From Terriglobia bacterium (lineage in GTDB: Bacteria; Acidobacteriota; Terriglobia; JAJPHL01; JAPKYU01), in assembly GCA_965223005.1 (NCBI GenBank), contig CBDCVK010000008.1, positions 96,001-160,000 of the forward strand: a stretch of 64,000 nt of DNA, read 5' to 3'. A program made the position numbers and the translations under genes. Positions 50,255 through 61,348 of the stretch are shown here, piece by piece. The first letter of the stretch is position 1. The number at the start of each line of letters is the position of its first letter. Below the pieces are notes generated by a model. The model was not told the DNA's origin and ran no database searches. It saw nothing but the letters and a program-made list of their open reading frames with translations.

Positions 50255-52050
50255 TTCTGACCTGGGTGGACTGGACCGTCATCGGCGCCTACTTCTTATT
50301 TACCCTCCTCATCGGGCTCTACTACCGCAAGCGGGCCGGCTCCAGCACCGGCGAGTTTTTCCTCTCCGGCCGGAACGTGCCCTGGTGGCTCGCGGGTACG
50401 GCCATGGTGGCGACCACCTTTGCCGCCGACACGCCGCTGGCCGTCACCGGCATGACGGTGCGCAACGGCATCGCCGGCAACTGGCTGTGGTGGTGCTACC
50501 TGCTGAGCGGGATGATGACCGTGTTCTTCTTTGCCCGGCTCTGGAGGCGCGCCGAGGTGGTCACCGACATCGAGCTGGTGGAGCTTCGCTACAGCGGCCG
50601 GCCAGCGGCCCTGCTGCGCGGCTTTCGCGCCATCTACCTGGGCGTGCTGATGAACGCGATCATCATGGGCTGGGTGAACTTGGCGATGGTCAAAATACTG
50701 ACGCTCACCCTGGGCCTCGAGAAGTGGCACGCCGTCCTGTTCTGCTTGCTGTTCACCGGCATCTACACCACCATCGCGGGACTGTGGGGGGTGCTGGTGA
50801 CCGACTTCTTCCAGTTCGCCCTGATGATGGGCATGACCATTACCCTGGCGTTCTACGCGGTGGACGCGGTGGGCGGCATGGCGGCGATGAAGATGAAGCT
50901 GGCGGCGCTGGATGCGGCCCGGGCCGCGGCCGGCGGCGGTCAGGGGTCCATCCTCTCGTTCCTTCCAGAGCTGGATTCCGTCTGGATGCCCGTGCTCGCC
51001 TTCTTCGTTTACGTGGGAGTGAACTGGTGGGCGAGCTGGTATCCCGGTGCCGAGCCGGGCGGCGGCGGCTACGTGGCTCAGCGCATCTTCTGCGCCAAAG
51101 ACGAGCGGCATTCCCTTTTGGCTACACTCTGGTTCAATATCGCCCACTACGCCCTGCGTCCCTGGCCCTGGATTGTGGTGGCGCTGGCCGCGGCCATCCT
51201 TTATCCCAATCTGGAGGACCCGGAAACCGGCTATGTCCGCGTGCTAATAGATTACTTACCGGCCAGCCTGCGCGGCGCCATGCTGGCCGCCTTCCTTGCC
51301 GCCTACATGTCCACCATCGCCACGCACCTGAACTGGGGCTCCTCCTATCTGGTTAATGACCTGTACCGGAGATTTCTGGCCGCCGGGCGCAGCGAAGGCC
51401 ATTACGTGCTGGCTTCGCGCCTCTTCACCGTGCTGCTGATGGTCATCTCAGGCGTGGTGACCTTTTTTCTGACTTCGATTCAGGGAGCCTGGCAGTTGCT
51501 GATCACCACTGGGGCCGGCACCGGCACCGTGTATCTGCTGCGTTGGTATTGGTGGCGCATCAACGCCTGGAGCGAGATTTCGGCCATGGCGGGGGCTTTC
51601 CTCACTTCGCTAGTCGTGCACACCGCTGTCAGCTTCGCCGGTAGCGATGCACTGGTGTTCGCCAAGCGAACGCTGGTCACCGTGGCGGTTACCACCGTGG
51701 TCTGGCTAGCGGCAACCTACCTGACGGCGCCGGAGCCCGAGGGTGTGCTCCTCAACTTCTACCGCCGCGTCCGCCCCAACTACACCTTCTGGAAGCCCAT
51801 CGCCCGCCTGGCTCCGGAGGTTCCGCCGGTGCGCGACGGCTGGTACAACTTCCTGGATTGGGTGGCCGGCTGCCTGTTGGTGTATCTTGCCCTGTTTGGC
51901 ATCGGCAAAATCATCCTGGGGCTCTTCTTTGAAGGACTCCTGTTTCTGGCGCTGGGGGCTGCCGCGGGCGCCTACCTCTACTGGGACTTTTCCCGCCGCG
52001 GGTGGGCTACACTGGCCGGCGAGTACGGCAAGACCCCCGCGATCGACTAG
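50251..52050 (+). CDS. Sodium:solute symporter (SSS) family transporter
   Basis: GTGA overlap with the upstream stop; DW..I..YF, FFLSGR..PWW, TDFFQF, QRIFCAKDE and AAYMST; about 14 TM segments. Confidence 0.9.
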   Translation: MILTWVDWTVIGAYFLFTLLIGLYYRKRAGSSTGEFFLSGRNVPWWLAGTAMVATTFAADTPLAVTGMTVRNGIAGNWLWWCYLLSGMMTVFFFARLWRRAEVVTDIELVELRYSGRPAALLRGFRAIYLGVLMNAIIMGWVNLAMVKILTLTLGLEKWHAVLFCLLFTGIYTTIAGLWGVLVTDFFQFALMMGMTITLAFYAVDAVGGMAAMKMKLAALDAARAAAGGGQGSILSFLPELDSVWMPVLAFFVYVGVNWWASWYPGAEPGGGGYVAQRIFCAKDERHSLLATLWFNIAHYALRPWPWIVVALAAAILYPNLEDPETGYVRVLIDYLPASLRGAMLAAFLAAYMSTIATHLNWGSSYLVNDLYRRFLAAGRSEGHYVLASRLFTVLLMVISGVVTFFLTSIQGAWQLLITTGAGTGTVYLLRWYWWRINAWSEISAMAGAFLTSLVVHTAVSFAGSDALVFAKRTLVTVAVTTVVWLAATYLTAPEPEGVLLNFYRRVRPNYTFWKPIARLAPEVPPVRDGWYNFLDWVAGCLLVYLALFGIGKIILGLFFEGLLFLALGAAAGAYLYWDFSRRGWATLAGEYGKTPAID

Positions 52051-52087
52051 TGGGGGGGCATTGCACCACCGAAAGGCGAGTGCGGCG

Positions 52088-52552
52088 ATGAGATACGTAG
52101 CGACTTTTGCAATGGTAGTTTCACTGTGCTGGCCCGCAACCGGCTTGCTCCAGGCGCAAGTTGCTCAAGTTGCCGAGGGCAAAATAATTGCTCGTGCACA
52201 GCGAACCCCCGCTTTTGAGCTGGATTCGGCATTACCGAAACAGCGCTTTGACCATTGGTTCCGGAAGCTGGTTGGCTCCAAGGCTGAGATTTGGTGGGAA
52301 GCCAACGACTGTGGTGAGCAGACGGGCAGTCCAACCGATCGCGGTCGGGACTTGCCGCATTGCGCAGAAGCAATTGCCGTCTTATCGGATGGTCGCAAGG
52401 TGGCTGTCTTAATCGGAGTAGGCACGGTGAAGAAAGGAATCACTGGCAAGCCGGTTGTGCGATTTGTTTCCATCGAGCAAGGGGGGCGGATTCACCGGGT
52501 CCGACGGCTCGGCGATCTTCCAGAGAAGCTTCGCGCGCAACCAAAGAAATAG
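52088..52552 (+). CDS. Secreted hypothetical protein
   Basis: Signal-peptide-like MRYVATFAMVVSLCW; WEANDCGEQTG...PHC.EA; stops 2 nt before the murQ start. Confidence 0.6.
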   Translation: MRYVATFAMVVSLCWPATGLLQAQVAQVAEGKIIARAQRTPAFELDSALPKQRFDHWFRKLVGSKAEIWWEANDCGEQTGSPTDRGRDLPHCAEAIAVLSDGRKVAVLIGVGTVKKGITGKPVVRFVSIEQGGRIHRVRRLGDLPEKLRAQPKK

Positions 52553-52554
52553 GC

Positions 52555-53508
52555 ATGGCTAAGCGAAAGACTGCCGGGCTGGCCCGTCTGGTCACCGAGC
52601 AGCGGAACCCGCGATCGGTCCAGATTGACCGCGCCCAAACGGTCAGAATTCTGAAGATCATCAACCGCGAAGACGCTCGGGTGCCGGCGACCGTGGCGAG
52701 GGAAATTCCGGCCATCGCCAGGGCGGTGGACGTGGTCGTAGAGCGGCTGCGGCGTGGTGGGCGGCTTTTCTACGCGGGGGCGGGGACCAGCGGGCGCCTG
52801 GGTGTGCTGGACGCTTCCGAGTGCGCCCCCACGTTCAACACGCCTCCCACGATGGTGCAGGGAGTGATGTGCGGTGGTGTGCGGGCGCTCTACCGCGCCA
52901 CAGAGGCCAGCGAGGACTCCCCGGCGCTGGGCCGAAGCGACCTGGTCAGGAAGCGGCTGGGTACGCGCGATGTGGTGGTGGGCCTGACTGCCAGCGGCCG
53001 CACTCCCTACGCGCTCGGCGCGCTGCGCTACGCGCGGGCTCGCCGAGCCGCCACCATCGCGGTCACATGCAACCCTGATGCGGAAGTGGCGGGCCTGGCA
53101 CAAATCACCATTGCGCCGGTGGTTGGTCCCGAGGTCATTGCCGGTTCCACCCGCCTGAAGGCCGGCACGGCGCAGAAGCTCGTGCTGAACATGATCTCCA
53201 CCGCGGCCATGGTGCGGCTGGGGCACGTCTATGGCAACTTCATGGTGAACGTTCACCTGAAGAACCGGAAACTACGTGAACGTGGTTACACGATTCTGCG
53301 GAGCGTGCTCGGACTGGACCACGGTACGGCCGTCCGCGCGTTGCGCCGCGCGGGCGGCGACTTGAAGGCAGCCATCTTGATGCACCGTAAGGGGCTGGGT
53401 CGCGCCGCCGCCCAGCGACTGTTGCATCGCCATCAAGGCAACTTGACCGTCGCCCTGGAAAGCGACACATCGGGACGGCTGACGAGACAAACGAAAAAGC
53501 AGGGGTAA
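52555..53508 (+). CDS. murQ: N-acetylmuramic acid 6-phosphate etherase
   Basis: TEQRNP, GAGTSGRLGVLDASECAPTF, ASGRTPY and GPEVIAGSTRLKAGTAQKLVLNMIST. Confidence 0.95.
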   Translation: MAKRKTAGLARLVTEQRNPRSVQIDRAQTVRILKIINREDARVPATVAREIPAIARAVDVVVERLRRGGRLFYAGAGTSGRLGVLDASECAPTFNTPPTMVQGVMCGGVRALYRATEASEDSPALGRSDLVRKRLGTRDVVVGLTASGRTPYALGALRYARARRAATIAVTCNPDAEVAGLAQITIAPVVGPEVIAGSTRLKAGTAQKLVLNMISTAAMVRLGHVYGNFMVNVHLKNRKLRERGYTILRSVLGLDHGTAVRALRRAGGDLKAAILMHRKGLGRAAAQRLLHRHQGNLTVALESDTSGRLTRQTKKQG

Positions 53509-53510
53509 TT

Positions 53511-53535
53511 GTGGGGGCAGACCTCGGGTCTGTCC
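53511..53535 (+). repeat. REP-like palindrome
   Basis: GTGG followed by the 9-bp hairpin GGGCAGACC-TCG-GGTCTGTCC, intergenic between murQ and nagA. Confidence 0.5.
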
Positions 53536-53569
53536 AGATTGGCCGCCTCCTTCGCGCATAGATAAACCT

Positions 53570-54733
53570 ATGAAGCTGGCGATTCAAGCCGGAACTGTGC
53601 TGACTCCTGAGGAGGAAATCCCGCAGGGCACGGTGCTGGTGGAGGACGACCGAATCGTGGCCGTGGGGCGGGAAATCCACGTCCCGCCTGACGCGCGCCG
53701 TCTTGAAGCTCCCGACACCACCTGCGTGCCAGGCTTCATTGACGTGCACGTGCACGGTGCGGGCGGTCACGACCTGATGGAAGGCACTCCCGAGGCAGTG
53801 GCCGCCGTCGGTCGCACGCTGGCCGCACACGGTACAACTTCGTATTTCCCCACCACGCTGACGGCTCCGATGCCGCGGACGCTGGCCGCTCTGGAATGCC
53901 TCGGCGATCTCGTTCGCCGCATGGAAGGCCTGCCCTCCGAGCTCGTCGCCCAACCGCTGGGCATCCACATGGAGGGGCCATTCCTCAACGCTTTGCGGAA
54001 AGGGGTGCACCCCGCCCAGCACATGCTGGCGCCGAGGAACGAACTTTTTGAGGATTTCTACCAGGCTTCCGGGGGTGCTCTGCGAATCCTCACTCTGGCT
54101 CCGGAGGTGGACGGCGCCGAGGCGATGATGCCCCACGTTTTGGAACGCGGCGTGCTAGTAGGTATGGGGCACACCGACGCGAACTTTGAGCAGGCCGAGC
54201 GGGCTGTCGAGCTAGGCGTGCGCCATGTCGTCCACATGTTCAACGCGATGCGGCCGTTTGCGCACCGCGACCCGGGCGTAGTCGCGGCGACGCTGCTTGA
54301 CGACCGCCTGAGCGCTGAGCTGATCGCCGACGGTGTCCACGTCTCGGAGCCGGCCATCCGACTGCTGCTGCACGCTAAAGGACCCGGCGGCGTCCTGTTG
54401 GTCACAGACGGGCTGGCAGCGGTGGGCATGCCGGAGGGCACCTACCGGCTGGGCGAGTGCGAGTTCACCGTCCGAGGTCCGGAGGCCCGCAGCCGCGATG
54501 GCGTGCTGGCCGGCAGCGTCCTCACTCTCGACGGCGCCGTGCGCAACATGGTGCGGTTCACTGGGCTGCCGTTGAGGGAAGTGGTAAAGATGGCGACGCT
54601 GAACCAGGCTCGACTGCTGGGCCTGGCGAGGAAGGGGCGCATCGCCGCCGGTGCGGACGCGGACCTGGTGCTGCTAACCGGCAGCCTGGAAGTGGCCGTG
54701 GTCTGCGCCCGGGGTGTACTGCAGCAGTTTTGA
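53570..54733 (+). CDS. nagA: N-acetylglucosamine-6-phosphate deacetylase
   Basis: PGFIDVHVHG, GIHMEGPFL...KGVH, TLAPE, GHTDA, HMFNAM, IADGVHV and LAGSVLT. Confidence 0.95.
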   Translation: MKLAIQAGTVLTPEEEIPQGTVLVEDDRIVAVGREIHVPPDARRLEAPDTTCVPGFIDVHVHGAGGHDLMEGTPEAVAAVGRTLAAHGTTSYFPTTLTAPMPRTLAALECLGDLVRRMEGLPSELVAQPLGIHMEGPFLNALRKGVHPAQHMLAPRNELFEDFYQASGGALRILTLAPEVDGAEAMMPHVLERGVLVGMGHTDANFEQAERAVELGVRHVVHMFNAMRPFAHRDPGVVAATLLDDRLSAELIADGVHVSEPAIRLLLHAKGPGGVLLVTDGLAAVGMPEGTYRLGECEFTVRGPEARSRDGVLAGSVLTLDGAVRNMVRFTGLPLREVVKMATLNQARLLGLARKGRIAAGADADLVLLTGSLEVAVVCARGVLQQF

Positions 54734-54747
54734 CCGGCTTGTAAATA

Positions 54748-56019
54748 ATGGACAAATTCCTCATTTCCGGTGGAGTGCCCCTGGAAGGCCAGCTCACCGT
54801 CAGCGGCGCGAAAAACGCCGCACTGCCCGCCCTGGCGGCCGCTCTGCTGACCGACAAGCCGGTTGTGCTGGCCAACCTTCCGCGAGTCCGTGACATCCAG
54901 ACCATGGCGCGACTGCTGACCAGCCTCGGGGCCGAGGTCAGTTTCGGCAACGAGCCGCAGCGAGACAAAGTGACCGTTCAGGCCTGTCAGGTCGCCAGTA
55001 AAGAAGCGCCGTACGAGCTGGTGAAGACGATGCGCGCCTCGGTCCTCGTCTTGGGACCGCTGTGCGCACGCTTTGGCTATGCGCGCGTCTCGCTCCCTGG
55101 CGGCTGCGCCATTGGCGCGCGCCCTATTAACCTGCACTTGAAAGGCCTGGAGAAGCTCGGTGCCCACATTCATCAGGAGCATGGCTACGTGGAGGCTCAG
55201 GCGGCGAATGGGTTGAAGGGGGCGCACATCCGCTTCGACCGCATCACCGTCACCGGCACCGAAAACCTGATGATGGCCGCGGCGCTGGCTCAGGGCGAGA
55301 CAGTTCTGGAAAACGCGGCCCGCGAGCCAGAAGTGACTGACCTGGCCGATTTGCTCCGCAAAATGGGCGTTCGCATTGAAGGCGCCGGTACCCCCACCAT
55401 CCGCGTGCAGGGTGTGGGCAAGCTGCACGGCGCAGAGCACACCGTCATCGCCGACCGGATCGAGGCCGGAACGTTTCTGGTGGCGGGTGCCATCACCGGC
55501 GGGCACCTGCGGCTGGAGGGCTGCGCGCCCGCGCACCTCACGGCGGTGATCGCCAAGCTGGGGGAGGCCGGTGTGGAAATTTCCGAGCCCGGCGCGTCGG
55601 CGCTCGAGGTGCGGGCGCCGCGCCCACTTTCCGCGGTGGACGTGGCGACCGAAGAGTATCCGTGCCTGCCCACCGACATGCAGGCCCAACTGATGGCCCT
55701 GATGACCCAGGCCGAAGGCACTTCGGTGATTACCGAAACCATCTTCGAGAACCGATTCCTGCACGCGCTGGAGTTGGCGCGAATGGGCGCACAGATCAAG
55801 GTGGAAGGGAACCGCGCGGTGGTGCGGGGGAAATCGGCGCTAAGCGGGACGTCAGTCCTTGCCAGCGACCTGCGCGCCAGCGCCTCGCTGGTGCTGGCCG
55901 GGCTGGTAGCCCAGGGGGAAACGGTGGTGGACCGCGTTTACCACATTGACCGCGGCTACCAGCACATCGAGGAGAAGCTGGGCTCCGTCGGCGCCCGCAT
56001 CAAGCGCCTCTCGCCCTGA
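54748..56019 (+). CDS. murA: UDP-N-acetylglucosamine 1-carboxyvinyltransferase
   Basis: [30 protein letters not shown] (active-site Cys), [20 protein letters not shown] and HIDRGY. Confidence 0.97.
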   Translation: MDKFLISGGVPLEGQLTVSGAKNAALPALAAALLTDKPVVLANLPRVRDIQTMARLLTSLGAEVSFGNEPQRDKVTVQACQVASKEAPYELVKTMRASVLVLGPLCARFGYARVSLPGGCAIGARPINLHLKGLEKLGAHIHQEHGYVEAQAANGLKGAHIRFDRITVTGTENLMMAAALAQGETVLENAAREPEVTDLADLLRKMGVRIEGAGTPTIRVQGVGKLHGAEHTVIADRIEAGTFLVAGAITGGHLRLEGCAPAHLTAVIAKLGEAGVEISEPGASALEVRAPRPLSAVDVATEEYPCLPTDMQAQLMALMTQAEGTSVITETIFENRFLHALELARMGAQIKVEGNRAVVRGKSALSGTSVLASDLRASASLVLAGLVAQGETVVDRVYHIDRGYQHIEEKLGSVGARIKRLSP

Positions 56020-56104
56020 TAGCTGAACCTAGCCACCCCAGATGCTGTAAAAGGCGGCCAGGTAGAAGACTCGGCGGTGGAGTGGCCGCCTCCACATCAT
56101 GTAA

Positions 56105-56704
56105 TCATGACTCCAAGTCCTCAGTTTCCATAGAGCCCTCGTAGGCGATCAGCAGGCCAGCCAAAGGGAAGTCGACACGCACGGCGACCTGCACGGTTGC
56201 CGAATTTTTCGCCGAAGCACGGGCGGCTATCTGGGGTGCCAGCCAGCGAGGCAACGGCACGGCCAGGCCGCCGAGACAAAGGGCAACCCCGACCTGGTGT
56301 AAACAAAGCGCGTCATCAATAACGCAGAGCCTGAACCGAAACTCCAGGTTTCGGAAGCGCTCAGCCAGCACTCCAACAGGGCTCTCGCGCTGGCGAGTAA
56401 CCATCTGTGTGCCGGCAAAATCCCGGCGCCAGGTTTCCCTCTCCGAATCGGTGGTGATCTCCAAGCGAGTGGAGACAGCTTCACCCGCAGCGGGCAGCTT
56501 CTCCAGCCATGCCAGAAATCGCGCCAGCCGCCGCTCCCCGCGACGCACGCGGAACAGACCTACTCGCGCTACGCTGCCTTGCGCGGAGTGCAACCTGCGC
56601 ACAGGCGCCGCCAGCTCTTTCCAGGCGGTTCCCAGCAACCGGGGATACAGCCCTGTGGAGTGTGTTGCTGTGGCCGTCTGGCTGAATGAGGGCTCTGCTG
56701 CCAT
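56105..56704 (-). CDS. DUF4166 domain-containing protein
   Basis: LY..LLG.AW..L...VR.LH, E.WRRDF.G, LPRWLAP and LL..YEG pattern; start uncertain (56704 or 56749). Confidence 0.7.
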   Translation of the reverse strand: MAAEPSFSQTATATHSTGLYPRLLGTAWKELAAPVRRLHSAQGSVARVGLFRVRRGERRLARFLAWLEKLPAAGEAVSTRLEITTDSERETWRRDFAGTQMVTRQRESPVGVLAERFRNLEFRFRLCVIDDALCLHQVGVALCLGGLAVPLPRWLAPQIAARASAKNSATVQVAVRVDFPLAGLLIAYEGSMETEDLES

Positions 56705-56896
56705 GCCTGGGCCTGCTACACCATACGTACAATCCGCCCGTGTCACCATAGTCTAAACCGGGAGCGACTGCGGGCTTAGATGTTCTGCTTAACAGTCTTC
56801 GTGTATAAACGCGTGTGCGGGAATCTGGCGCAGAGGTCCGCCGCTCAAGGGAAAGCGCTTTGGACCGGCCCAATGGGTTGGTAAATTCACCAAGAG

Positions 56897-57610
56897 ATGA
56901 ATCAATTTGCAAATTGGCGCATCGTGCTGGTGCGGCCGCGCAATCCGCTCAACATTGGCGCGGCGGCGCGGGCCATGGCCAACTTCGGCTTCCGCGACCT
57001 GGTTTTGGTGGAGCCCTACGAGCCGGTGTGGCAGGAGGCGCGCTCGGCTGTAGGGGCAAGAGCGCTGCTGGCTTCCGCGCGCGTTGTAGCCACGCTGGCC
57101 GAGGCGCTAGCAGACCGCAGCCTGGTGGTCGGCACCACTTCGGGTAGCCGGCGCAAGCTCGACAGCGATCTGCTGCCCCTGCCGACGCTGCCGGCCCGCG
57201 CCGCCGATGCTGCCAAAGCGGCTCTGCTGTTCGGACCTGAAAAAACTGGACTGACCAACGAACACCTCAGCTTCTGCCACCTCCTAGTGCAGATTCCCAC
57301 CGCGGCCGCATCTCCTTCAATGAACCTGGCGCAGGCGGTGGCAGTCTGCTGCTACGAGCTGAGCCGGACGCCGGCATCCGCGCAGGCCCGGCGGGCTAGG
57401 GAACGAGCGGCGGCGGGACAGGTGGAGCAGTTGCGCGGGGAGTTGGAAGAGGTCTTGCGGGCGGCTGGCTTTTATCCCTCCACGGCGCGTCTCAGTGACA
57501 CTCAGAAGCTCCGCCGGCTGCTGCTGCGGCTCAATCTGGGTGACCGTGACCTGACCACTTTGCGCGGGATGGTGGCCCAGCTCCGCTGGAAACTCCGCCT
57601 GAAAACGTAA
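56897..57610 (+). CDS. trmJ: TrmJ/LasT family SPOUT RNA methyltransferase
   Basis: IVLVRPRNPLNIGAAARAMANFG, ALLFGPEKTGLTNE and SMNLAQAV...YE. Confidence 0.88.
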   Translation: MNQFANWRIVLVRPRNPLNIGAAARAMANFGFRDLVLVEPYEPVWQEARSAVGARALLASARVVATLAEALADRSLVVGTTSGSRRKLDSDLLPLPTLPARAADAAKAALLFGPEKTGLTNEHLSFCHLLVQIPTAAASPSMNLAQAVAVCCYELSRTPASAQARRARERAAAGQVEQLRGELEEVLRAAGFYPSTARLSDTQKLRRLLLRLNLGDRDLTTLRGMVAQLRWKLRLKT

Positions 57611-57670
57611 CGTACGGCTGCGACTTCCTTGTATGCGGCTCGGACGTGGTAATCTTCCGCGAGAGAAGCT

Positions 57671-58387
57671 ATGGCTGTCTTGCGCGTGGGCACTTCCGGC
57701 TACTCTTACAAAGAGTGGCGGGGAAGTTTTTACCCTGAAAAGCTCCCCGACAAACAGATGCTCGGGTATTACAGCCAGCGCCTGTCCACTGTCGAAATCA
57801 ATTACACCTTCTACCGGCTGCCAAGCGCCAGGACCCTGGAAGGATGGGTGCCGCAAACGCCGGATGGTTTTTTGTTCGCGCTGAAGGCGACTCAGAGAAT
57901 CACCCACGTGCTGCGCCTGCGCAACGCCGAAACCATCGTGGAAGCGTTCTTAACGGGAGCGGCACCATTGGCCGCTGCCGGACGTCTGGGTCCGCTGCTG
58001 CTGCAACTGCCACCCCAGTTTCGCGCCGATCCAGCCGTGCTGAAGGACTTTCTGACGGTGCTGCCAGAGCGACCAGTGTTGCGCTGGGCCATGGAGTTCC
58101 GCCATCCGTCGTGGTTTGATGACACCACTCTGCAACTACTCGAGGAGCGCGGAGTGGCGCTGTGTGTAGCCGAGACCGACGAGCGCTCGACTCCGGACCA
58201 AAGGACCGCGCCCTTTGCCTACTTCCGGCTGCGTAAGACCGACTACAGCCCGGCGGAGCTACGCGCCTGGCGCGAGCGGTTTGAGGCGCTTCAGGCACAG
58301 GGTTGCGACGTCTATGTCTATTTCAAGCATGAAGCCGGCGGCGCGGCACCGCGTTTCGCTGCTCAGCTGCTTGAGAAAACTACGTAA
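57671..58387 (+). CDS. DUF72 domain-containing protein
   Basis: VGTSGYSYKEWRGSFYP, VEINYTFY, LLQLPP, EFRHPSW and YVYFKH. Confidence 0.92.
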   Translation: MAVLRVGTSGYSYKEWRGSFYPEKLPDKQMLGYYSQRLSTVEINYTFYRLPSARTLEGWVPQTPDGFLFALKATQRITHVLRLRNAETIVEAFLTGAAPLAAAGRLGPLLLQLPPQFRADPAVLKDFLTVLPERPVLRWAMEFRHPSWFDDTTLQLLEERGVALCVAETDERSTPDQRTAPFAYFRLRKTDYSPAELRAWRERFEALQAQGCDVYVYFKHEAGGAAPRFAAQLLEKTT

Positions 58388-58500
58388 GGCGATCCGCTGC
58401 GAGGGACAGAGCCACGCTGCAGAGTACAACGTTGTTGGATTACGACTAAGGTGTTGTTTAAGGGCTCACTGCTTGGCGAGGCAGCCTGCGGTGCCCCTTC

Positions 58501-58519
58501 CTCCCGCCGCCGGCGGGAG
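58501..58519. terminator. GC hairpin between the convergent DUF72 and fmdB-like genes
   Basis: CTCCCGCC-GCC-GGCGGGAG forms a perfect 8-bp stem; there is no clear U-tract. Confidence 0.4.
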
Positions 58520-58533
58520 TGTGACTAGCGAAC

Positions 58534-58749
58534 TCAAGTGAAACGGCCGCCGGGGGAAGCTCCACAATTACCCATCCCGGCCGCCTCCGACCGGCAAGTG
58601 CTGCTCGCCACCGCGAAGGTGGAGAAAACCTGCTGGGTCGTGGTGCTATCGCACTGCGGGCAGGGCACAGCCAGATCGCTGTCGTGCCGCAACACCAACT
58701 TCTCGAACTTCTCCCCGCAATCTGGGCACGAGAATTCGTAAATGGGCAT
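58534..58749 (-). CDS. FmdB-family zinc-ribbon protein
   Basis: MPIYEFSCPDCG..FE.L...CPQCDS...STF; GAGG RBS upstream. Confidence 0.88.
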   Translation of the reverse strand: MPIYEFSCPDCGEKFEKLVLRHDSDLAVPCPQCDSTTTQQVFSTFAVASSTCRSEAAGMGNCGASPGGRFT

Positions 58750-58877
58750 CCGCCTCTTAAATATAGCACTGTTCTCGGCAAGATGCTGACACTCGAGGAA
58801 GTTTTCCAGCATCCTGCTAGAAGACCGGTAGGACCTGTAGTACTGGAGTACCAGCGCAAAACGGGACCAACGGTCTA

Positions 58878-58906
58878 TTGCCGTCTCAGGGGAGTGCATC
58901 TACTGT
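58878..58906 (+). promoter_or_regulatory. Putative sigma70 promoter with no downstream CDS
   Basis: TTGCCG (58878-83)-N17-TACTGT (58901-06). Confidence 0.5.
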
Positions 58907-58912
58907 ATAGCT

Positions 58913-58993
58913 AAGTTAAATTTAGCTGGCAACAGCCAACCAGGCCGCCGTTCCGGGGGGAGTCGGAGGACCTGGTTGGCTGTAGTATTTTTT
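58913..58993 (+). ncRNA. Candidate ~80-nt small RNA (promoter, long hairpin, T-tract)
   Basis: 13-bp perfect stem ACAGCCAACCAGG/CCTGGTTGGCTGT, a GGGGGGAG-containing loop, then AGTATTTTTT; both flanking genes are on the minus strand. Confidence 0.45.
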
Positions 58994-59038
58994 GGAGGCC
59001 CGCGTCGGCTGCTCCTTCCTTCCACCCGATCGTAGCTA

Positions 59039-61027
<1,989 letters not shown>

Positions 61028-61194
61028 AGAGGGTGCTGTCGCTTCGCTCAGCAGGCCGGGCTTGGAAATGGAGCCAGCCGTCCCGCTGCTCTGTCCAAAC
61101 CCGCCAGCCCCCAATTATATCCGACAGGGTTTGCGCCGTCCGTAGTGAGGAGCGCCGTGAGCAGCAGCGATCCGTGCCGCTCCCGGGCCTCCTT

Positions 61195-61278
61195 TATGGG
61201 AAGTTCCGAAACAGGTATGGGAAATTCCGAAACTGGTATGGGAATTTCCGGAACTAGTATGGGAAATTCTGAAACCGG
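61195..61278. repeat. 4 x 21-bp tandem repeat, each unit carrying a GGAAnTTCC palindrome
   Basis: TATGGGAAGTTCCGAAACAGG / TATGGGAAATTCCGAAACTGG / TATGGGAATTTCCGGAACTAG / TATGGGAAATTCTGAAACCGG. Confidence 0.92.
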
Positions 61279-61348
61279 CGCGGTTGTGATTTCCGGGTGT
61301 TTTCATTAGAATCGTTCGCACCCACTGAGCCTGTTTCTCGCGGGGACC

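Noticed and set aside
50035-52554. Extended N-termini in the ORF track (SSS from 50035, hypothetical from 51743, murQ from 52360)
   Set aside because: They overlap upstream genes; starts at 50251, 52088 and 52555 fit homology and operon packing better.
56053-56089. GGCGGCCA...TGGCCGCC inverted repeat after murA as an ncRNA
   Set aside because: An 8-bp stem with a large loop between convergent genes; at most a weak terminator.
61195-61278. 21-bp repeats as a CRISPR array
   Set aside because: The units are head-to-tail with no unique spacers, and there are no cas genes in the window.
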